Shown: piece after piece, positions 13,401 through 20,000 of the stretch
How positions within the stretch are numbered: the stretch's first letter is position 1
Layout: each line of letters starts with the position of its first letter
Assembly: GCA_003344405.1 (NCBI GenBank)
Contig: NOWV01000282.1
Span: 47,516-67,515 of the forward strand
DNA: 20,000 nt
Reading direction: 5' to 3'
From: Trichoplax sp. H2
Lineage: Eukaryota
The notes under the pieces: model-generated
The model's input: only the letters and a program-made list of their open reading frames with translations
Database searches by the model: none
What the model was told of the DNA's origin: nothing
Position numbers and translations under genes: made by a program

Positions 13401-16400
13401 GGAATAAAATAATCTACAAAATTTAATTCTTGTGTGCAGGGCTTGATAGAGTAGATTCTAATGCAATTAAAATAATATCATAATATTAGGTAATTACTCT
13501 TTGATGCAATGTGAAATAAGTAGTATTATCTCAAAGTATGTTAACCTTTGATTTCGCTTGTTCATCAGTTTCTTCCTCAGGTTTTCTACCAGATTTCTAA
13601 AAGTATATTTATGTATATATCACTTAAATTGTCAAGGTTAGCAATTATTTTGTGGCATGCAGTGGTTAAAATATTTTACGGCACAAGTACTATACTTTAA
13701 CATTGCGAGCGCAGTTTTCATCAACTTCTTTCAAGGATGCTGAATTAATTCACAAAAATTATTTCAGTATTAACCATAAAGTATAGCAATATGAATTCAA
13801 AGTATGGGTTACAACAAGAAACATACCAAAGGCTTTAGCATTAGTAACATTAGTCTGCAATGAACAACCATGAGATGGACAACAGAAATCCTCCTATATA
13901 TGAATACAACATGCATACGAATAGAGTTAGAAAAATTAAAAGCACCAATTATGTGTACTAAAGCTATATCACAAACCTCTTCAAATACTTGACCACTTTG
14001 TATCAAAGACCAAATCAAATCACAAGACTTTAATATACCAACACAATATGCCTAATAATTTATAAAAATTGTCTTATTAAGAACTGATGTTGTTACGAGT
14101 AAAACATAGCATAAAAAGTATTCTTACCTTTAAGTACGTATCTTCAATAAGTTCAACTTTATGCAAGTAAGAACATGTAAAAATAGTCTGAACTAACGGT
14201 TGCCCATCAAGCCAAGAAGCCTAGAAGTTCGATAATTAAGAAGGTCTAATAAATGTATTGATATGCTAGGATTTGAAGCAAAATAATAAATTGTATTGGA
14301 TTCATTCAATACTTACAACACAAGCAAGCAATTCATCAACTATCCCAATGAGTTGGGATGGACTAAAATTATCCACTTGCACCTTATTTTTCTACAAGGT
14401 ATGTATTAACATAACTTCATATATCTGAATAATAATTACAAATAAAGCATACATCAATAGTGTATTAATGTACAAACCTCAACAGCTTCTTCGAAACTAA
14501 GAATAGGCGAAGCGCAGTCTCTATAAATCATTCCGGAATCCATTTTGGGATCCATCAACTCAACAGCACTCATTGCTTCATACAAGCTAAAGCTATGATT
14601 AAATAAATCAGAAATATACCGTCAAGATTACTTTAACGTCCAGTTTGCGCAAATCATTCATGTATCCATTTTTGGACACATCAACTCGATAACACTTATT
14701 GCTTCATACAAGCTAAAGCCTATGATTCAATTGCAATATAATATATAAACTAAAATTATAGTATCAAAATGACTTGAAGGTACAGTGTAGGTAATAAATT
14801 CGTTCGGATTCATTAACCCGACTGCACTCACTATTTCTATTACTTGTATTATGATTACATTACCACATAGACCTATTATATAAAATTAAAAACTATATGA
14901 TGGCTATTCTTTTAATGTTGGGCTATGTTCATTAAGCCAGTGTAAAGATTCCACTTTTCAATCAAGTACTTACTACTGATCATGAACCAGTTCCCCAGGT
15001 TTTAGTTCTAAACAAATAAGGAGATTACGTGTAAGCGATTAATAATCTACACAAACAATAACACAAAGGTATACATGATATCGTTGCAATGACGTACACT
15101 ATTATCATGAAGTTATGTCTAACTGCAAGAATACATAGCAATCTAATTTGTACCCTGCAGCAAAATGACGAGTACCGATCACTATCAAACGGTAACTAGG
15201 ATTCTTGGTAGGCCAATGAGCTCATAGTTTAGTCTTATCATAAAATAGCCAACTTCATATCTCATATTGAAAAAGAAATACAGTAAGATTGATGGTGCAT
15301 ACTGTAATAACAAGAACTGAAAGGGATTTTGTCAGTATAAAAATATACTGGCCTTTGTCTGCATTACGTAACTAGTCAAGTCAAACACTGCTACAATGTA
15401 CCAAGTGGTAAACTAAAGAGCATCGATACCGTACTTGTATTAGGATGATGGAAGATTTATTGAACGCTTTAATGACCGTATTATTTAATAAGATCGCTAT
15501 CCTATGCGATAATAAAAGGGCAGAGTATATTACTGTACATGAATTATTGTGGTGTATTGTACATAGTCGCTGAATGGGCATTTGTAAATGGATTATTGCA
15601 ATAATAATAATAATAACGGTATTAATACGACGATGACATTATGCCCGTTACCTTGACAAGAATTCTGAAAAGCTTGGGTGATATCTTTCCAATGGATGGG
15701 AACTTGTTCAGAACCTATCAATTCAAGAATCTATTGAATACAACAAACTCCTTTTCTTGCAAAATGGTTGCATTGTATTACTAATAGTTCATTTAAATCG
15801 ATCAATAATGACGTCGCATTCTCTTGAAGTGCAGTATAAAATTACAGCGATCATTGAAAAAGTGAACATGGCTAGGGCATACCAACTTACAATAACTATT
15901 GCAGTAGTTATAAAGGGATAGAGTTTACATGTCATTCATGCACGAGTAAAATCATGGATATCATAGCTCGATCCATTGGAAAATTGATGTACGGTACTGT
16001 AAAAATTGAACCAAACTCGTATGCCTTGCAATACTCATAATCTAATAATAGGAAGGAGTTACAGGAATGAACTAGAAGTTTTTTACATGCTGTTTTGATT
16101 TTCTGATGATAGCAAATGGAAAAAATCTATCCTATAATGTCATTTTATAACGTAAGCGATGAAATTATTGATGGTTAGGCATGGAAAATAAAATTGCATC
16201 GTTGATCAAGTGCTTTGCATCGGAGCCATTGTACTCGATTGCACAATCGAGTAATCGTGATGAGAATAATTATAATATAAAGAGAAAAAAATTGTCAATC
16301 AATATCGTGGTTTCATAGCTTACCCGAGATTATTTTGCCATCAATCATTTCACCATCTTCAGGCAGCCACTTTTGCCTATTATTATATATATATCCAATG

Positions 16401-17079
16401 GTCAGTATTTAGTACTATTCAATTGCAAATCCATTCTTTCATCGGTTATCTAATAAAATTCTATCCTGCACTCGATTGCATTCTACTACTCTGTCTAATA
16501 GTCCAGAATTAAGGCATTTTTTGCCAATGTTTCCTGCATTGATTGGCAACACAGTGAAACTAATTTAAAAGCATGATAGCACTGATTGAAATAATACATG
16601 TCTATCATTTAATCAAGTAAGTTGAGGATCATCAGCCATGATGGAAAGGCGGTTGTCAAGTGATCGATTGAATCCAAGATTGTCTATGTACTGTATTGAA
16701 ATTTTGTCACTATCCGATAGCCTGGAAAGCATCATCATCGATCATTGCTATGGATGCACATCAAGGTAGAAGTAGAAGGTACAATATAAATGAGATCGTT
16801 TGCGAACACAACCACCATCATGGCGATGATGATCGAGTTCTATCAAGCTTTAATCGATTGCTATCCACTTGCAAATTATGCATGCCATTGGCTAGCATGA
16901 TGTTTGCATCAAGCTTTCCCTGCAGAACACGTTAACGCTGATCGGATAAAAGACATTAACCATTCTTGCTTACTCCATACAGTTTTTCCATCATTTCATC
17001 ATACTCACCAATCGTTGTAGCTGAACCTAACTTCAGATTGAACACCATTGGCGATATTTTTCATGCCTTCTTGCGACAT
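10420..17079 (-). CDS. NAA35: N-alpha-acetyltransferase 35, NatC auxiliary subunit (Mak10), 28 exons, about 745 aa
   Basis: Exons (-): 17079-17009, 16376-16324, 15714-15652, 15007-14974, 14592-14478, 14391-14317, 14220-14128, 14051-13977, 13893-13827, 13739-13696, 13596-13546, 13457-13374, 13279-13156, 13058-12964, 12891-12808, 12733-12674, 12585-12479, 12375-12312, 12231-12133, 12046-11993, 11875-11751, 11668-11538, 11470-11403, 11305-11240, 11120-11010, 10904-10821, 10650-10570, 10479-10420 (2238 nt, frame intact). Mak10 motifs: WKDITQAF...[127 protein letters not shown]. Exons 1-2 rest only on strong splice sites and phase fit, not on homology. Confidence 0.95.
14620..14719 (-). pseudogene. 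Tandem duplicate of NAA35 exon 5 (pseudo-exon / candidate poison exon)
   Basis: Reads AATCATAG|G-C-TTT AGC TTG TAT GAA GCA ATA AGT GTT ATC GAG TTG ATG TGT CCA AAA ATG GAT ACA TGA ATG ATT, i.e. [21 protein letters not shown] versus the real [22 protein letters not shown] (57/67 nt identical). It has an extra G after the acceptor, an internal TGA at 14660-14658, and a donor G|GTATAT at 14619. Confidence 0.9.
14764..14856 (-). pseudogene. Third, more decayed copy of NAA35 exon 5
   Basis: 14806-14837 matches 14548-14579 at 24/32 nt ([11 protein letters not shown] vs [11 protein letters not shown]). 14764-14788 matches 14622-14646 at 19/25 nt. The acceptor appears mutated (AATCATAG to AATCATAA). 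Confidence 0.7.
15600..15616 (+). repeat. (AAT)n microsatellite in NAA35 intron 3
   Basis: aataataataataataa. Confidence 0.65.
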
Positions 17080-17386
17080 CTTGACCGCTAGCCACCATAA
17101 GAAGTTGTTGCAAGCTTGCAATTAGCCAAGAATTGGAAGCAATTTTGCCTTGACTATGAAACTTGACTAACGCAATCATCGCTGAAAGCTACAGTGAATT
17201 GTATGCGACGCGTAGGAGACTGCGTGGACACGATCCGCTTCCATGGTGGCACAGTTCTGTCTTCCTTTTGGCTAGAATACACTACTAGTATACTGTATCA
17301 TACAGTAGCTAAACATGTATGATTTTGTAAGAGAGAGCAGGAGCATCTTGCGAGTTGCGACAGCCAAGCCAATGCTGGAATCGGCG

Positions 17387-18712
17387 AGTCTCAATCGTCT
17401 ATGCTTCCCTTTATGACTGATGTTACTATGCATTATGGACTACTATTTGCGTTGTTAGACTATTCAGCTAGTATCAATCATCTATGCTTCCCTTTGTAAG
17501 TGCTATTACTATGAATTATGAGCTACTATTTGCGTTATTAGACTACTCAGTCAGTATCAATCATCTATGCATCCCGTTATAAGTGCTATTGCTATGCATT
17601 ATGGACTACTGTTTGCGTCGTTAGACTACTCAGTGAGTATCAACCGTCTATGCTTCCCTTTATTAGTGATGTTACTATGCATTGTGGACTACTGTTTGCG
17701 TTGTTAGACTATTCAGCTGGTATCAATTATCTATGCTTCCCTTTGTAAGTGCTATTACTATGCATTATGGACTACTGTTTGCGTTGTTAGACTACTCAGT
17801 GAGTATCAACCATCTATGTTTCCCTTTATGAGTGATGTTACTATGCATTGTGGACTACTGTTTGCGTTGTTAGACTATTCAGCTAGTATCAATCATCTAT
17901 ACTTCCCTTTATTAGTGCTATTACTATGAATTATAGACTACTGTTTGCGTTGTTAGACTATTCAGCTAGTATCAATCATCTATGCTTCCCGTTATCACTG
18001 CTACTACTATGCATTATGGACTACCGTTTGCGTTATTAGACTACTCAACTAGTATCAATCATCTATGCTTCCCTTTATGAGTGATGTTACTATGCATCAT
18101 GAGCTACTATCTGCGTTGTTAGACTACTCAGTCAGTATCAACCATCTATGCTTCCCTTTATGAGTGATGTTACTATGCATTGTGAACTACTGTTTGCGTT
18201 GTTAGACTACTCAACTAGTATCAATCATCTATGCTTCCCTTTATGAGTGATGTTACTATGCATTATGAACTACTGTTTGCGTTGTTATACTATTCAGCTA
18301 GTATCAATCATCTATGCTTCCCTTTATGAGTGCTGTTACTATGCATCATGAGCTACTATCTGCGTTGTTAGACTACTCAGTCAGTATCAACCATCTATGC
18401 TTCCCTTTATGAGTGATGTTACTATGCATTGTGAACTACTGTTTGCGTTGTTATACTATTCAGCTAGTATCAATCATCTATGCTTCCCTTTATGAGTGCT
18501 GTTACTATGCATCATGAGCTACTATTTGCGTTGTTAGACTACTCAACTGGTATCAATCGTCTATGCTTCCCTTTATTAGTGATGTTACTATGAATTATGG
18601 ACTACTATTTGCGTTCTTAGACTACTCAACTGGTATCAATCCTCGATGCATCCCGTTATAAGTGCTATTACTATAGATTATGAACTACTGTTTGCGTTGT
18701 TCGACTACTCAG
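17387..18712 (+). repeat. Tandem satellite/minisatellite, 16 copies of an 83-bp unit
   Basis: Consensus ATGCTTCCCTTTATGAGTGATGTTACTATGCATTATGGACTACTGTTTGCGTTGTTAGACTACTCAGCTAGTATCAATCATCT. Unit starts are 17401, 17484, 17567 ... 18646, an exact period of 83 with substitutions only. Confidence 0.97.
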
Positions 18713-19061
18713 GCGTTGAAGTCGATGGTGGACATGAGTGTTCCATTCAAGACTTTTTTATAGCAAGTTCTGTATGAGTCGAGCAACGATGATGTGATAC
18801 AAAAGTGGGCTGGCATAGTATGGCAATCCCTTGACTGGATCAGTCTTACTCGTCTATACTGAGTGGTTCGTCCGTCACCTCCAGGATCATCACCTAGCAA
18901 CGTTGGTCGTGGTGGCTGTGGAGAGCTCGAGATTGGCATCGTCTTGCTGATTGCTGCTGCTATTGCCTGCAATAGTCTTGATTTCTGCTGGTCTACTTGC
19001 ATTTGCCTACCGTGAATGAAATCAGACAACGTAGCTGTCTTACATGTGCAAGATTAACACG

Positions 19062-19252
19062 ATGGCTGAATCGATCGATCAATTATTTTCAGCTGTTTCT
19101 GTTTCACAATCCGATCCTTACGACACTTTTAAACAGCATCCTAGGTAAGTTAGGTCATAGCTAGGATATTGATGTTGTACAGGAACTTGGTCCTACGAGG
19201 TTATCCTTCAAACTCGATGCGAACAATTCTGTCTAGATCATACCACACTTGA
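19062..19252 (+). mobile_element. Possible degraded fragment of a Penelope-like retroelement RT C-terminal region
   Basis: Two adjacent frames give ...FSAVSVSQSDPYDTF... then VIARILMLYRNLVLRGYPSNSMRTILSRSY. This resembles, from memory, the GVxxSQLxRY...FxxRxxxLxxxLxxRGYP pattern of PLE RTs. It is interrupted by a stop and a frameshift. Short and unverified. Confidence 0.25.
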
Positions 19253-19496
19253 ACTACAGTAGCGATGCAATGCATTGGATCCAAGGGGAACATTGATCCA
19301 ATTAGACCGTATTCTACATTATGCAAAAGACGACAACAAATTGGCATCGAGAGAGCAGAAGTACATTATAAGATAGAGCTGAGCGTATTATCCTAGCTTG
19401 TGCAACCATGACGCCATTTCAACTCATCCATAAATGGAATTTGCTATGGCTAACTTGCAAGCAAATGTGGACATGCAAATGACTGTACTGGTAAAG

Positions 19497-20000
19497 TAAG
19501 GGAGACGGTAGGATTCTGATCGACGTACGTGTGTATAGGGTGCACTATAGTTCAAGAATGATAGAATGGATGCACAGCAATGCTAAAGTGACAATAGATA
19601 CTCGCTTGATCATGGCTAAGTCAATGGATAAACTACAGTCTATGGGAGACGGTAGGATTCTGATCGACGTACATGGGTATAGGGTGCACTATAGTTCAAG
19701 AATGATAGAATGGATGCACAGCAATGCTAAAGTGACAATAGATACTCGCTTGATCATGGCTAAGTCAATGGATAAACTAGAGTCTAAGGGAGACTGTAAG
19801 ATTCTGATCGACGTAATTGTGTATAGGGTGCACTATAGTTAACGAATGATTGAATGAATGCACAGCAATACTAAAGTGACAATAGATACTCGCTTGATCA
19901 TGGCTAAGTCAATGGATAAATTCGAGTCTAAGGGAGACTGTAAGATTCTGATCGACGTAATTGTGTATAGGGTGCACTATAGTTAACGAATGATTGAATG
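19497..20000 (+). repeat. Tandem satellite, 144-bp unit, at least 3.5 copies, truncated by the window end
   Basis: GGAGAC(G/T)GTA(G/A)GATTCTGATCGACGTA starts at 19501, 19645, 19789 and 19933, an exact period of 144. Copies 1-2 and copies 3-4 form two subtypes. Confidence 0.96.

Noticed and set aside
14658..14660. TGA in the duplicated exon as selenocysteine or readthrough
   Set aside because: It aligns to Gly (GGA), not Cys, and the exon is already frameshifted by the extra G at its start.
17387..18712. 83-bp array as a CRISPR-like repeat-spacer array
   Set aside because: Units are similar along their full length with no unique spacers, there are no cas genes, and the context is eukaryotic.
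19531..19842. 103-aa repeat protein
   Set aside because: Product of the 144-bp satellite; starts at GTG, and later copies carry an in-frame TAA.
17387..20000. Hammerhead ribozyme in the satellite units
   Set aside because: No CTGATGA...GAAA core on either strand of either unit; the closest is CTGATCGA without GAAA.

Overview
AT-rich, intron-dense eukaryotic (animal) genomic DNA. The compact 75-200 nt introns, low GC and TACAG/CTGTA motifs suggest a placozoan-like early-branching metazoan; this is inference only. Two complete housekeeping genes can be rebuilt by hand and converge tail-to-tail, with stop codons 220 bp apart. COPS2/CSN2 is on + at 5949-10199 (19 exons, 442 aa). NAA35/MAK10 is on - at 17079-10420 (28 exons, about 745 aa). 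An unidentified spliced gene runs off the left edge on the - strand. The non-coding parts hold a roughly 400-bp Tc1/mariner (pogo/Tigger-like) MITE, a 197-bp tandem duplication, an indel-free 16 x 83-bp satellite at the NAA35 promoter, a 144-bp satellite running off the right edge, and a possible Penelope-like RT remnant between the two satellites. Two signals stand out. (1) NAA35 exon 5 is triplicated, and the middle copy keeps both splice sites, is too close to the real exon to be spliced with it, and would create a stop codon at its splice junction (candidate poison exon). (2) A 23-bp sequence in the COPS2 promoter matches the core of the 83-bp satellite upstream of NAA35. I see no CRISPR, rRNA, tRNA or prokaryotic system.
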